Assembly (NCBI RefSeq): GCF_044704955.1
Contig: NC_091999.1
Location: 9,568,524-9,612,000, forward strand
Length of the DNA stretch: 43,477 bases
From: Pristiophorus japonicus
Taxonomy: Eukaryota
Direction of reading: 5' to 3'
Numbering within the stretch: the first letter of the stretch is position 1; the number at the start of each line of letters is the position of its first letter. Positions 23,113 to 35,397 of the stretch are shown here, one piece after another. The notes under the pieces were generated by a model. The model was not told the origin of the DNA and did not search any database. It worked only from the letters and a program-made list of their open reading frames with translations. The position numbers were made by a program, and so were the translations under genes.

Positions 23113-23579
23113 CACACTGCTGCAGACCCAGACAAAAACTGTTTCTATGATACCGTCTTATGTTTCATTCTGGTTCCAGCTCATCAAACTGTAGTTGAAG
23201 AGTTAGCTACCAGTTACAGAGGCCCATTTCCCCAAGGAATGCAGATTATTAGTAACAAAGCTAGTAATTTTAAGTTAATGACAATTAGAACTCACTTCAG
23301 GTGTCCAGCCTTCTCAATTGTACTTTTGAAATATCTCTGCCTTGTACAATTTGGGAATCTATGGTGAGTAATAGAATTCTGTTCTTAGCCAACAATGAGA
23401 CAAAATGAAGTTCTAGTCACACATAACTAATTTGCAATCATTGTTTACCATATGGCCAATGCAGGGTCCATTTTAAAATATTTTTCCTATATAATTCACG
23501 TTTAGTGATCTTTTCTACAATCCCCATTCCTCAGCATTGCAGTTAAAGTCTATGATTTAAAATTTCAACTGAGATTTAA

Positions 23580-24310
23580 TCCGCAACCTCTACCACCTCG
23601 AAGGACAAGGGCAACATGGGGACACCACCACCTCCAAGTTCCCCTCCCAGTCACACACCATCCTGACGTGGATAATATATCGGCCGCTTCCTCATCGTGG
23701 CTGGGTCACAATCCTGGAACTCCCTCCCTAACAGCACTGTGGGAGCACCTTCACCACACGGACTGCAGCGGTTCAAGAAGATGGCTCACCACCATCTTCT
23801 CAAGGGGCAATTATAGAATCATAGAATGGTTACAGCACAGAAGGAGGCCATTGGGCTCATCGAGCCCATGCTGGCTCTCTATAAGAGCGCTTCAGCTAGT
23901 CCCACTCCCCCGTCGTTTCCCTGTAGACCTACAATTTTTTTCTTTCAGGTGCTTATCCAACTCCCTTTTGAAAGCCGTGATTGAGTCTGCCTCCACCTCC
24001 CTCTCAGGCCATGCATCCCAGATCCCAACCACTCGCTGCCTAAAAAGCTTTTTCCTCATGATTGGAATTGATCACACAGGTTGGATTTAAGGAGCGTCTT
24101 AAAAGAGGAGGGCGAGGTAGAGAACAGAGATGTTTGGGCAGGGAATTTCAAAGTTTATAGCCTCAGTAGCTGAAGGCAGGGCCACCGATGGAAGGGTCCT
24201 GGAAATTCAAAAAGAATGGAGATCTTGAAGGATTAAAGGGTTGGAGGAGATTCGAGAGATAAAGAGGGGCGAGGCACTGGAGGGGTTTGAAAACAAGGAT
24301 GGATTTTTAA
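23580..24310. mobile_element. Nested LINE tails (second-family plus, CR1 minus, L2-like minus)
   Basis: Matches to 7320-7545, to the CR1 tail (catagaatgg..) and to the L2-like tail at 28900-29030. Confidence 0.7.
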
Positions 24311-24334
24311 AAATTACTGCCTATTTTTGATAAA

Positions 24335-24765
24335 ACAGTCATGGCTCAGTGGTATCACTTGCATCTCTGAGTCTGTCGGTTATGGGTTCAATACCACTCC
24401 AGACACTTGAGCACAAAATCCAGCCTGACACCTCAGTCTAATATTGAGCGAGTGCCACACTGTCGGATGAGCTGTCTTTCGGCTGAGATATTAAACCCCG
24501 TCTGTTCTGATAGCTGGACATAAAAGACCCCCAGGGCACTATTCAAAGTTATTCTCAGTGCCCAGGTCAATATTTATCCTTTAACACCTATTATCAACGC
24601 TGGTCATTATCACATTACAGTTTGTGGGAGCTTGCTATGTGCAAATTGGCTGTCAGGTTTCTTAGGTTACAACAGTGACTGCACTTCAAAATTACTTCAT
24701 TGGCTGTAAAGCACTTTGGGATGACCTGAGGCAGGGAAAAGCGCTATATAAATGCAAGTCTTTCA
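24335..24765 (+). mobile_element. Near full-length DeuSINE (SacSINE1-like)
   Basis: tRNA-like A box tggctcagtgg and B box ggttcaatacc; central domain ggtcattatcacatt..tgtgggagcttgctatgtgcaaattggctg; tail gcgctatataaatgcaagtc. Family name is recalled, not searched. A fragment lies at about 9185-9350. Confidence 0.75.
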
Positions 24766-25215
24766 AACCTATCAAAATCTATGGTATACTTTGTAAAGCA
24801 GAATTAATTAATAGGATATGGACATCTCCGGCAAGACCAGTATTTATTGCTCATCCCTCCAGACTGTGGTGGTGAGGCACCCCCTTGAACGTGTGCAGTC
24901 CGTGTGGTGCAGGTTCCCCCACAGGGAGGGAGAACCTTCACCACATGCTGTTAGGGAGGGAGTTCCAGGATTGTGACCCAGCGACGATAAAGGAATTTGA
25001 TTGAGGTACACGTTATTTGGATAACTCAACTATTGTAAACCTATTTCTTGTTTGGTAGTTCATTCAAAAATCACACATAAAATGACACATATTTAATCAT
25101 AGTCCAGAGTAAAACAATGACTCCAATTGCCTCTTTCCAAATAACAGCTTTCATCGTTGGAAACGTTTCTATTTGGTAATGGTTTAGGGGAAGATGAGAA
25201 TAGCTCTGTACTTAC

Positions 25216-25272
25216 TGGGTTCTACAGCGAGACTAGTCCCTCTTCCAAATACTAGCTTGATCCCATCACTCA
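25216..25272 (-). CDS. TRAJ: J-alpha 11: SDGIKLVFGRGTSLAVEP
   Basis: RSS cacaatg(25273-79)+12+acaaatact; donor gtaagt. Confidence 0.94.
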
Positions 25273-25966
25273 CACAATGAAAGCTCCAATGACAAATACT
25301 CTTAGCAATATTGGGTTTCTTTAACAGGAATTGTTGCATGCTGTTCATTGATAAAAACCGTCAGTGTTTTGGGTGAAGGTTTGGAATGTTTACCTTTGCC
25401 TTTGAATTTGTGATCTTGAATACCAAATACCTTTTACATACAATCGCATGGAATTCACAGCCATTCGGCCCAAATGGTCTGTGCCAGCGTCTATACCCCA
25501 GAGGCTTCTCCATCCACTCTATTTCATCAAACCCTCTCAGTACACCCTTCTAACGCCTTCTCCCTCATGTGTTTATCTAGATTCCCCTTAAAGGCATCTA
25601 TGCTATTCGCCTCAACCACTCCCTGCGGTAGTGAGTTCCTCATGCTAACCACTCTCTGGGTCAAAAGTCTCTCCTGAATTCCCTATTGGATGTATTAGTG
25701 ACTATCTTGACATTGAACTCCACAACAAGTGGAAACATCTTCTCTCCATCTACCCTATCAAACCCCTTCAAAATTTCAAAGACCTCTGTTAAGTCACCCC
25801 TCAGCCTTCTCTTTTCTAGATAACCGAGCCCCAGCCTGTTCAGTCTTCCTTGATAGTTATTGTTTACTTTTAATTGTATTGACCTGATGATACCCACAAA
25901 CAAAAAGGATATTTTGACTAACATGATCATAATTTTAAAAACAAAACAGAATTAATCCCCACTTAC

Positions 25967-26023
25967 TCGTTTGCACCATTAGTTTTGTCCCAGATCCAAA
26001 TGACAGCATATTGACATTATTCA
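25967..26023 (-). CDS. TRAJ: J-alpha 12: NNVNMLSFGSGTKLMVQT
   Basis: RSS cacagca(26024-30)+12+gcataaact; donor gtaagt. Confidence 0.93.
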
Positions 26024-26453
26024 CACAGCATTAAATGTCAGTGCATAAACTCTTTACCTAGGGGGATTAGGCTGGATAGTTGTTTGTCGGCTGGCACAGA
26101 CACGATGGGCCAACATGGCCTCCTTCCGTGCTGTAAATTTCTATGATTTTATGATAAAGCCAAGCATATTGACTAGCTACGAAATCAACTGTATGTTATA
26201 TTTAAGAATTATCAATATTACAAGTGAAAATATTAACAAGTGTCTAAACTTGTTTTTTGACCCAGCTCATTCAAATCAGTACAGGTTCAGTCAGTCTCAC
26301 AGATTAATGCTGCACAATATAACATACTAGTTTAATTTTGGCTCGATCTACTTTATGTCCATTGACCATCTGCACATTATTTTGACCAGAATTTATAATC
26401 TGTTGCAAATTCATTTACATGGCTACTTTGAATAACTATTATTGAGTTCTTAC

Positions 26454-26516
26454 CGGGATTAACAATGAGCTTGGTGCCACCTCCAACTACCATTTTACCA
26501 TATCCTCCAGAAGCCA
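26454..26516 (-). CDS. TRAJ: J-alpha 13 (non-canonical VGGG): ASGGYGKMVVGGGTKLIVNP
   Basis: RSS cacagta(26517-23)+12+acaaggact; donor gtaaga; J-Phe replaced by Val. Confidence 0.85.
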
Positions 26517-26721
26517 CACAGTAATTTATCCCTTCACAAGGACTCAGGGCAGTGGTGGTTCCCTATGGACTGCGGTCACTACACATTTATTATCATTTTT
26601 ATTTCAATGAATTGAAATAGCTAAACAATCTAATTGCTAAATTTGCTGGATGACTCATCATAAATCTTTAATTTCTTTCAACCAAATTTGTGACATTATT
26701 CTTTGAAAGTACAATACTCGC

Positions 26722-26781
26722 TGGGTTCCACGATTAGTCTAGTCCCATTTGCAGAAATAAGCTGGTAGTTCCAATCATTCA
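26722..26781 (-). pseudogene. TRAJ: J-alpha 14, probably inactive: NDWNYQLISANGTRLIVEP
   Basis: FGXG changed to SANG; donor is gcgagt (paralog J21 has gtgagt); heptamer aligned to the paralog reads caaggtc (invariant CAC lost). Confidence 0.8.
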
Positions 26782-27640
26782 CAAGGTCCTACACTGACTA
26801 ACTCAAACCTTTTGAGTTAATTATTATTCTTGTCTATATTACCGATGTAATTAAAGAAACAGCCATCTATTTTACCTGGTTACNNNNNNNNNNNNNNNNN
26901 NNNNNNNNNNNNNNNNNNNNNNNNNNNNNNNNNNNNNNNNNNNNNNNNNNNNNNNNNNNNNNNNNNNNNNNNNNNNNNNNNNNNNNNNNNNNNNNNNNNN
27001 NNNNNNNNNNNNNNNNNNNNNNNNNNNNNNNNNNNNNNNNNNNNNNNNNNNNNNNNNNNNNNNNNNNNNNNNNNNNNNNNNNNNNNNNNNNNNNNNNNNN
27101 NNNNNNNNNNNNNNNNNNNNNNNTGTTTCATGCATTGCATAGACAGGCACATGGATAGACACATATACAGAGGCATTAGTGCATATCAACAAAAGGCTCC
27201 CCTTGGCAATTATACATGTTTAATATTTATACCTGTCAGATATCCTTCGAAATCTGTCTCCCCGTTGTGCTTATCTAATTTCCCCTTCAATGCATCTATG
27301 TTATTCGCCTCAGCTGCCCCATGTGGTAGCAAGCTCCACATTCTCACCACTCTCTGGGTAAAGACGATTTTTCTGAATTCCTTATTGGATCTATTAGTGA
27401 CTATCTTATAATGATGACCCTTCGTTTGGATGGCCCCTCAAGTGGAAGCATCTTCCCTACGTCTACCCATCGAACTATGTTACCCTATTGTATCCATTCA
27501 TCATTATCAAGACTTCTATTCGTTCACCCCTCAGCCTTTACTGTTTTAGAGAAATGCGCCCCAGCCTGTTATATTGAATGATTTTGTAACTAATATTCTA
27601 AATCGCCATATAATAACTATCATTGTAATGCTTAACTTAC

Positions 27641-27697
27641 TTGGTATTACTGTTAACTTGGTTCCAGATCCGAATGTGAGCTTGTTGCTGTACTCCG
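27641..27697 (-). CDS. TRAJ: J-alpha 15: EYSNKLTFGSGTKLTVIP
   Basis: RSS cacagta(27698-704)+12+gcaaaaacc; donor gtaagt. Confidence 0.95.
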
Positions 27698-28099
27698 CAC
27701 AGTATGATATGCCAGTGCAAAAACCTGCTCTCCTAATTCTGGTGCCTAATTCTCATCAGAAAACAGCTCTAGCCACTTTATGGAGTAGTTCTTGTTATAA
27801 TGCAGTGCACTATAAAGAGACCAGTTCTATTTGCCTTCCTTTTCAATTAATATTTGTAATCCCTCTAACCCCCTTTCCCTTGGCTTTGTACTTGTTTATA
27901 AACTGTTACATCTCCACCTCATTCCAGTTCTGAAACATTAACTCTGTTTCTCTCTCCACAGATGCTGCCTGACCTGCTTGAGTGTTTCCAACATTTTCTG
28001 TTTTTATTTCAGATTTCCAGCATCCACAGTATTTCGCTTTTGAACATGTAATAATCCTTTCTTCACATCAACATTAAACATGTTGGTTATATATGTGTT

Positions 28100-28127
28100 T
28101 TTATATATATATATATATATATATGTG

Positions 28128-28166
<39 letters not shown>
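28100..28166. repeat. (TA)n microsatellite
   Basis: Direct reading. Confidence 0.95.
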
Positions 28167-28167
<1 letters not shown>

Positions 28168-28222
28168 TGAACTGCATTATAACAACTTCAACTTAACATA
28201 TCGTATAAAGTTAAATAAATAC

Positions 28223-28277
28223 TTTTTGGATTCTACAGATTGGCATCCTACTTCCAAAGGTCAGCTCAGTGTTCGTT
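28223..28277 (-). pseudogene. TRAJ: Relic J-alpha 16: TNTELTFGSR.. then frame lost
   Basis: Minus strand GAGCTGACCTTTGGAAGTAGG...GTAGAATCCA; degenerate RSS cagagtc+15+actaaaacc (28278-28308) resembling that of J18; no clean donor. Confidence 0.55.
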
Positions 28278-28449
28278 CAGAGTCTCAGAAATGTCCACTA
28301 CTAAAACCCCATGGTAATAACAAGGAACTTCATTTTGCCACTAACTGCACTGAGCTCAAATTAGAATGCAATCCAAGTTGTCATAAGTATAGTTCTGCTG
28401 CCAGATTACGCTTCTAATAGGACATGTTAGAGAGCCCCAAAACAATGTC

Positions 28450-29160
28450 ATTGATGGCTACTTCAGTGATTGGCAAAAGCGCCAAAGGCATCATAAGAAA
28501 ACATTTTTATTGCACAGCGAGTAGTCGGGATCTGGAATGCTCTGCCTGAAAGGGTGCTGGAGGCAGACCCAATCACTGCTGTTTAAAGGGAATTGGTAAA
28601 GTAGCTGAAAGAAAGAAAATTGCCGGGCTACGGGGAAAGGGCGGGAGAGTGGGACTAGCTGAAGTGCTCTTGTGGAGAGCCGGCACGGGCTCGATGGGCC
28701 GAATGCCCACCTCCTGTCCTGTAACCGTTCTCTGATTCTATCCTCCAGTTTGCAATAAAAAAATGAATGTTCCTGAAAATAACTTTATTGCTCATGTCCC
28801 TCCATGGCTTCTCCTCTCCCCATCTCCACACCCAATTCCAGCCCTCCACCATTCTGAACTAACTGCGCTCCTCCAAGTCTGGCCTGTTGTGCATCCACGA
28901 ATCCATCCTTGGCGGCTGTGTCCTCAGCTGCTTAGAACCCAACGCCTGGAATTCTCTCCCTAAACTGCTCCACCTCTCCAATCCTCTCTCTTGCCCCTTT
29001 TAAAATGCTCCTGAAAGCCTGTGTCATTGACCAAGCTCCTCTCCCAATAGTTGCATACCTGGCTCAGTGTGAAATTTTGCTTTGCTAATAATCCTGGCAA
29101 TGCCACAGGATGCTTTACTATATTAAAGGCCCCGTATAAATGCAGTTTGTTGTTGTTTAA
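28450..29160 (+). mobile_element. CR1-like tail (28450-28742) and L2-like tail (28790-29160)
   Basis: IWNALP motif with tail tctgattcta; LWNSLP-type tail ending tataaatgcagtttgttgttg. Confidence 0.7.
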
Positions 29161-29344
29161 AGCACCACAGTATGTGTCATTTCCCCAGAGGGAAATGGAT
29201 CCAGCTAATCATATCAATTCTGATTATCATTTTAGGTTAATAAGGAGCACGATGGCAGACCATTAACTGCGCTTCGCATAACCATCACAAAATAACTGAA
29301 TTAGCATATCTATACTCTAATAAGAAGCAGCCTACATTTACTTA

Positions 29345-29835
29345 GGTTGATTCCAGAGATGAGGGGGTTTACTTATGAGGAAAGGTTGAGTAGGTTGAGC
29401 CTCTACTCATTGGAATTCAGAAGAATGAGAGGTGATCTTATCGAAACGTATCAGATTATGAGGGGGCTTGACAAGGTGGATGCAGAGAGGATGTTCCCAC
29501 TGATGGGGGAGACTAGAACTAGAGGGCATGATCTTAGAATAAGGGGCCGCCCATTTGAGACTGAAATGAGGAGGAATTTCTTCTCTCAGAGGGTTGTAAA
29601 TCTGTTGAATTGGCTGCTGCAGAGAGCTGTGGAAGCTGGGACATTGAATATATTTAAGACAGAGATAGACAGTTTCTTAACTGATAAAGGAATAAGGTGT
29701 TATGGGAAGCGGGCAGGGAAGTGGAGCTGAGTCCATGATCGGATCAGCCATGATCATATTAAATGACGGAGCAGGCTCAACGGGCTGTATAGCCTACTCC
29801 TGCTCCTATTTCTTTTGTTCTTATGTTCTTATGTT
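29345..29835 (+). mobile_element. Young CR1-like 3' fragment inserted in the J17 unit
   Basis: Open 127-aa ORF2 C-terminus with (ttcttatg) tail; a related shorter copy lies at 32783-33055. Confidence 0.9.
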
Positions 29836-29903
29836 CCAATATTCAGAATTAATTGAATGTATAGAAAAATAATTTGATACATTGTAGGCAATGCAAAGAT
29901 AAT

Positions 29904-29935
<32 letters not shown>

Positions 29936-29976
29936 GCACACACATAGGCAGTCTATAGTTATTAATGAATTCTTAC

Positions 29977-30039
29977 TTGGTTCCACAGTTAACTTTGTCC
30001 AGTTTCCAAAGATAAGCTTAGTGATACCTCCAGCATTCA
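29977..30039 (-). CDS. TRAJ: J-alpha 17 (non-canonical FGNW): NAGGITKLIFGNWTKLTVEP
   Basis: RSS cacagca(30040-46)+12+gcaaaaact; donor gtaaga; second Gly is Trp. Confidence 0.88.
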
Positions 30040-30560
30040 CACAGCATTGTGCCCTCCAGCAAAAACTCCCTTCAGACTAACTTTAATATAGACCTGCTCT
30101 GTCTGGCAGTTATATTTCAATACTTGGTATCACCGAATCCCATTATTATGAAACTATCTGAACAAACCATTTAAAACGATCATAGATAATTATTAGGTAC
30201 ATTTGACTATTTTCTTTCATTTATTCTGTTTGCAACAAGCATAACCTGTTGGTTGTTCATTGAAAAGCTAAGACTACAATTTAAATATCAGTTCACCAGA
30301 ACTCTCCAAATGCTTCCCAAGTAGTTCTGAAGGTGCAACACTCCCTCAGTATTTCCCAAGACTATCTATTTGGATGACATGTTTTGGGTGTAGAGTGAAG
30401 ATCTGTCTCACAACTTTCCAACACACAGGAGGAGCCTGCAGCAACTGAAAAACGTTATGGATTTCCGACACTTTTCTCCATTTGATCCATATTTCAATTA
30501 ATTTTTAGAGATGCTTCACTTTTAAGACATAAAACAGACATCCTTAAACATCTCACTTAC

Positions 30561-30617
30561 TTGGTATAACATGAAGCCTGGTCCCAGATCCAAAGATAAG
30601 CTGATTTGCAAGATCCA
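30561..30617 (-). CDS. TRAJ: J-alpha 18: DLANQLIFGSGTRLHVIP
   Basis: RSS cacagtc(30618-24)+12+actaaaacc; donor gtaagt. Confidence 0.94.
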
Positions 30618-31315
30618 CACAGTCTGATATGCTCATACTAAAACCATCCCTAGCCAGACATTCTCAGACACTTGTTATTTCCGAAAAACCCATCCATTTT
30701 ACGAGTTAAGTTTTTGAACGATTACCTTTCCCTTTGAATTTATGATGGGTAAACAGTTACATATTGAATACCAAATAACCTTTACATAGAATTGAACAGA
30801 GTCTACAGCACAGGAACAAGGACATTCAGCCCAACTGATCTATGCCTGTGTTCATGCTCCACAGATGCCTGATCCCTCCCTATTTCATCCAACCTTCTAA
30901 TCCTTTCTCAATTGTATATCTATCTAGCTTCCCCTTAAATTCATCGGTGCTATTCCCATCTACTACTCCATCTGCTAGTGAGTTCCACTTTCTAAGCATT
31001 CTCTGGGTAAAGAGGTTTCTCCCGAATTTTTATTTGATATATGGGTGACTATTTGATATTGATGTCCCCTAGTTTTGATGTCTCCCACAAGTTGAAATAT
31101 CTTCTCTATCATACCTCTTCATAATTTTAATGACCTCTATCGGGCCATCTCTGATCCTTTGTCCTAGAGAAATTATGAAATTATCCCAAGCCTGTGCAGT
31201 CTTTCCTGGTAATTATTTTTTACTGGTGATTTAATGAATTGACGATACTTATTAACAACACGATATTTTGGCTGCAATCATCATGACAAAAAGTATAGAA
31301 TTAAACTTCACTTAC

Positions 31316-31372
31316 TGGGTTGTATGATTAGTTTGGTTCTTGACCCAAATATTAGCTCATTCTGATCATCCA
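31316..31372 (-). CDS. TRAJ: J-alpha 19 (non-canonical FGSR): DDQNELIFGSRTKLIIQP
   Basis: RSS cacagca(31373-79)+12+gccgaaacc (weak); donor gtaagt. Confidence 0.85.
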
Positions 31373-31715
31373 CACAGCATTAGATACCAGTGCCGAAACC
31401 CCTTTACCTTAAGCCAAGCATGTAGGCGAGCTGCAAAATCAACTGTATGTTATATTTATGGGTTATCAATATTCCAGGTCAAAATATTAACAAATATTTA
31501 ACCTTGCATTATCCCCAGCTCATTCAAATCAATATAGGCACAGTAGGCACGGTCTGACACATCAATGCAACCTCGTTATAGAATATAAAACTATAGCTTA
31601 ATTTTGGCTAGATCTCCTTGATGTCCGTTGCCCATCTGTACATTAATTTGACCAGAATTTTCACTTGCATGCAAATTAATTTACATGGTTATTTTGAGTA
31701 GCATTGACATCTTAC

Positions 31716-31778
31716 CGGGAATAACAATGAGTTTGGTGCCACCTCCAAATATCGTTTTCTCATATCCTCCAGAATTCA
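31716..31778 (-). CDS. TRAJ: J-alpha 20: NSGGYEKTIFGGGTKLIVIP
   Basis: RSS cacagta(31779-85)+12+acaagaact; donor gtaaga. Confidence 0.94.
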
Positions 31779-31985
31779 CACAGTAATTAATCCCATCACA
31801 AGAACTCAGGGTAGTGTTGGTTCCCGATGTACCGCACTATACATTTATTCTCATTTTTACATCAATGAATTTCAATGAATTGAAACAATTAAATAATTTA
31901 ATTGTTTTATTTGCTGGATTATTCATCATAAATACTTTCTTTCAATCGGGTTTGTGACATTTTTCTTTCAAAGTACAGTACTCAC

Positions 31986-32045
31986 TGGGTTCCACAATTA
32001 GTCTAGTCCCACTTCCATAAATACGTTTTTTGATCCATTCATTCA
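31986..32045 (-). CDS. TRAJ: J-alpha 21 (non-canonical YGSG): NEWIKKRIYGSGTRLIVEP
   Basis: RSS cacaggg(32046-52)+12+acacagacc (weak); donor gtgagt. Confidence 0.85.
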
Positions 32046-33365
32046 CACAGGGAAACACTGACTAACACAGACCTTGTGAGTTGACTATTCGTTTTTGTCC
32101 ATCTTACCGATGCAATTTAAAGTAACAGCCACATATTTTACCGAAGAGGTTGATTTACATACATCTTTGCATCAGTCTGTCTATCTATATGTGTGTGTCT
32201 GTCTGTCTATTTTATCTATCTGTCTATTTTATCTGTCTGTCTNNNNNNNNNNNNNNNNNNNNNNNNNNNNNNNNNNNNNNNNNNNNNNNNNNNNNNNNNN
32301 NNNNNNNNNNNNNNNNNNNNNNNNNNNNNNNNNNNNNNNNNNNNNNNNNNNNNNNNNNNNNNNNNNNNNNNNNNNNNNNNNNNATCTGTATATCTGTCTG
32401 TCTGTCTGTCTATCTGTCTGTCTGTCTGTCTATCTATATACCTGCCACGCACATTGATACTTAGAGATATAGATGCATCAATATACATTATCAAAAGACT
32501 CTGAGATATCTGCACTATTCCAATCGTGGCTTCTTGTGCATCCCAGAATTCAATCGGTCCTTCAGCTGCCTCGGCGCAAAGGTCTGGAATCCCCTCTCTC
32601 AACCTCTCCTCCTCTCCAACCGCCTCTCACTCCTTCTTTAAGATGCTCCTTAAAGCCTACATCATTGACCAAACACTTATCCTAATATTTTGTTACATGG
32701 CTCTTGTGACATTTTGTTTGGCAAAGCTCCTGTGATATGCCTCGGGACGTTTTGCTACTTTAAAGTTTCTGTACAAATACAGGTCGCCCACTTAAAACTG
32801 AGATGAGGAGGAATTTCTTCTCTCAGAGGGTTGTAAATCTGTGGAATTCGCTGCCTCAGAGAGCTGTGGAGGCTGGGTCATTGAATATATTTGAGACAAA
32901 GATAGACAGTGTCTTAACCGATAAGGGAATAAGGGGTTATGGGGAGTGGGCAGGGAAGTGGACCTGGGTCCATGATCAGATCAGCCATGATCGTATTAAA
33001 TTGCGGAGCAGGCTTGAGGGGCTGTATGGCCTACTCCTGCTCCTATTTCTTATGTAAGTTTTTTTTAACCCAACATTGACGTTTCCTTAAAGAGTATTGA
33101 GATTCAGGTCATTGTGTTCAATGCATGCAATAATTTTAGATCAATAAGGTGCCTAATGGCAGACAATTAATGGCACTTCCCATAACTATCACTCATTAGG
33201 CCTAAATAATGATATCCATATTTCAATAAGAAGCTACACAAATTTGCCAAAATTCAGGAGTAACTGAACATATATAGAAATTAATTGATATATTGTAGGC
33301 AGTGCTGAGTACATCTACATGTATATCAATAAATAGACAGTCTATGATTATTAATGAATACGTAC

Positions 33366-33428
33366 TTGGCTTCACAGTTAACTTTGTCCCTTTTCCAAAG
33401 TTAAGTATGGAGTTAGACCCCACGCTCA
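33366..33428 (-). CDS. TRAJ: J-alpha 22: SVGSNSILNFGKGTKLTVKP
   Basis: RSS cacagca(33429-35)+12+gcaaaaaca; donor gtacgt. Confidence 0.94.
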
Positions 33429-34345
33429 CACAGCATTGCGCCCTTTAGCAAAAACAATCTTCAGACTAACGTTTAGTATAACCTTGCTCTCTGGCAGTTA
33501 TATTTGAATACTTGGTATCACTCAATCTCATTATTATGGAACTATCTATAGAAACTATTTTAAATGATCATTGGTAATTACTGGTATGCATCCCATTTTA
33601 AGCAGCCCAAGAATAACTTATTTATTTTGCAGTAACAATATTGGACTACCATTTCTATATCAGTTCATCAGAAATCTCTGAGAGATTTCCAAGAATCTCT
33701 GAAAGTGCAACAATCCCTCAGTATTTCCACGGATTACCACCTTGGATTATATATGTGCCATCTGACAACTGTCTAACGCACAGGACGGGCTGCGAGCAAT
33801 TGAGCCAAGCTATGAATTCTGACATTTTTCTCTCCAAATTTCAGTCGTTTGGTTCAGCTACCTAGGCACCAAGCTCTGGTACTTTCTCCCCAAACCTCTC
33901 TGCCCGTTTTTCTCACTTTCCTAGTTTAACACACTCCTTAAAACCTATGTGCTCGAGCAAGCTTTTGATCAGCCATACTAATATTTCTTTACATGGCTCG
34001 ATGTGAAATATTGTTTGACAATGGAAGTTGTTGTTGCTATTTGCACCACAATATTTGGCATTTTCCCAAAGGGAAATATATCCGGGTAATCATATTCAAT
34101 TCAGATAATCATTTTGGGTTAATAAGGTCAATGAAGGCAGAAAATGACCTGCATTGATCAGAATGTTCACTCATAACACCTGAATTACTATATCCTTGCT
34201 CCAATAAGAAATCGGATAAATGTTTCAATATTCAGGATTAATTGAACACATAGAGAAATGATTTGATCCATTGTAGGCAATGTAGAGAACTTCCACATGT
34301 ATATATCAGTAAATAGACAGTCTATAGTTATTAATCAATACCTAC

Positions 34346-34405
34346 TTGGTTCCACAGTTAACTTCGTCCCTGTCCCAAAGGTAAGCTTGTAATTTCCAAC
34401 GTTCA
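34346..34405 (-). CDS. TRAJ: J-alpha 23: NVGNYKLTFGTGTKLTVEP
   Basis: RSS cacagca(34406-12)+12+gcaaaaact; donor gtaggt. Confidence 0.95.
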
Positions 34406-35334
34406 CACAGCATTGCGCCCTTTAGCAAAAACTCCCTTCAGACTAACTTTAGTACATTCCTGCTCTGTCTGGTGGTTATGTTTGAATACCTGTTATTACT
34501 CAATCCCATTATTGTGAAACTATCTGTGCAAACCATTTTTTATTATCATTGATAATTATTAGACACACATCATCTTTTAAACCACTTTATTGCCCAAGAA
34601 TAACATTTCTTTTTCAGTAAAAATATTGGGCTACCATTTAGATATCAGTTCATCAGAAATCTCTGAAAGATTTCCAAGTACTTCTGAAAGTGCTATTCTC
34701 CGAATACTTCCCTGGATTATCACCTTGGAGTGTATGTTTCATCTCTCGAGTGGGGTTCCATCTCAACACTCTCTAATGCACAGGACGGGCTGCCAGCAAT
34801 TGAGCCAAGTTATGAATTCTGACACCATTCTCTTCCAATTTCAGTTGGTTGGTTCAGCTACCTGGGCACCAAGCTCTGGTATTCAATCCCCAAACCTCCC
34901 CACCACTTTATCTCACGTTCCATGTGTAACACACTCCTTAGAACCTACGTACTGGGGCAAGGAGCCATTCTAATATTTATTTATGTGGCCCGGTATGAAA
35001 TATTGTTTGATAATGAAAGTTGCTGTTGCTAATTATACCACAATATTTGGCATTTTCCGAAAGGGAAATGGATGCAAGTAATCTTGATCAATTCAGATAA
35101 TCATTTTAGGTTAATAAGGTACACTCTGGCAGATATTATCTCCACTGATCATAATCATCACTCATAATATTTGAATTATGAGATCCCTACTCCAATAAGA
35201 AGCTGCATTAATGTTCCAACATTAAAAAATACTTGAACATATAGAGAAATTATTTGATACATTCTAGGCAATGCAGAGAATAACCACATATATGTAAGTA
35301 AATAGACAGACTACTTTTATCAATGAATACCTAC

Positions 35335-35397
35335 TTGGGTCCACGGTTAACATTGTCCCTTTTCCAAAAATAAGCTTATCGGTAGCTCCACCAATCA
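35335..35397 (-). CDS. TRAJ: J-alpha 24: IGGATDKLIFGKGTMLTVDP
   Basis: RSS cacagca(35398-404)+12+gcaaaaacc; donor gtaggt. Confidence 0.95.

Noticed and set aside
24340-24410. tRNA gene
   Set aside because: The A/B boxes belong to a SINE head; no clean cloverleaf.
25100-25155. J-like relic (minus strand KLLFGKR..)
   Set aside because: No RSS or splice donor and FGXG incomplete; could be chance.
27905-28045. Penelope-like element tail with a possible hammerhead ribozyme
   Set aside because: Resembles a common shark repeat from memory, but the CTGANGA core is missing (only ctgaaac remains), so no ribozyme can be supported.
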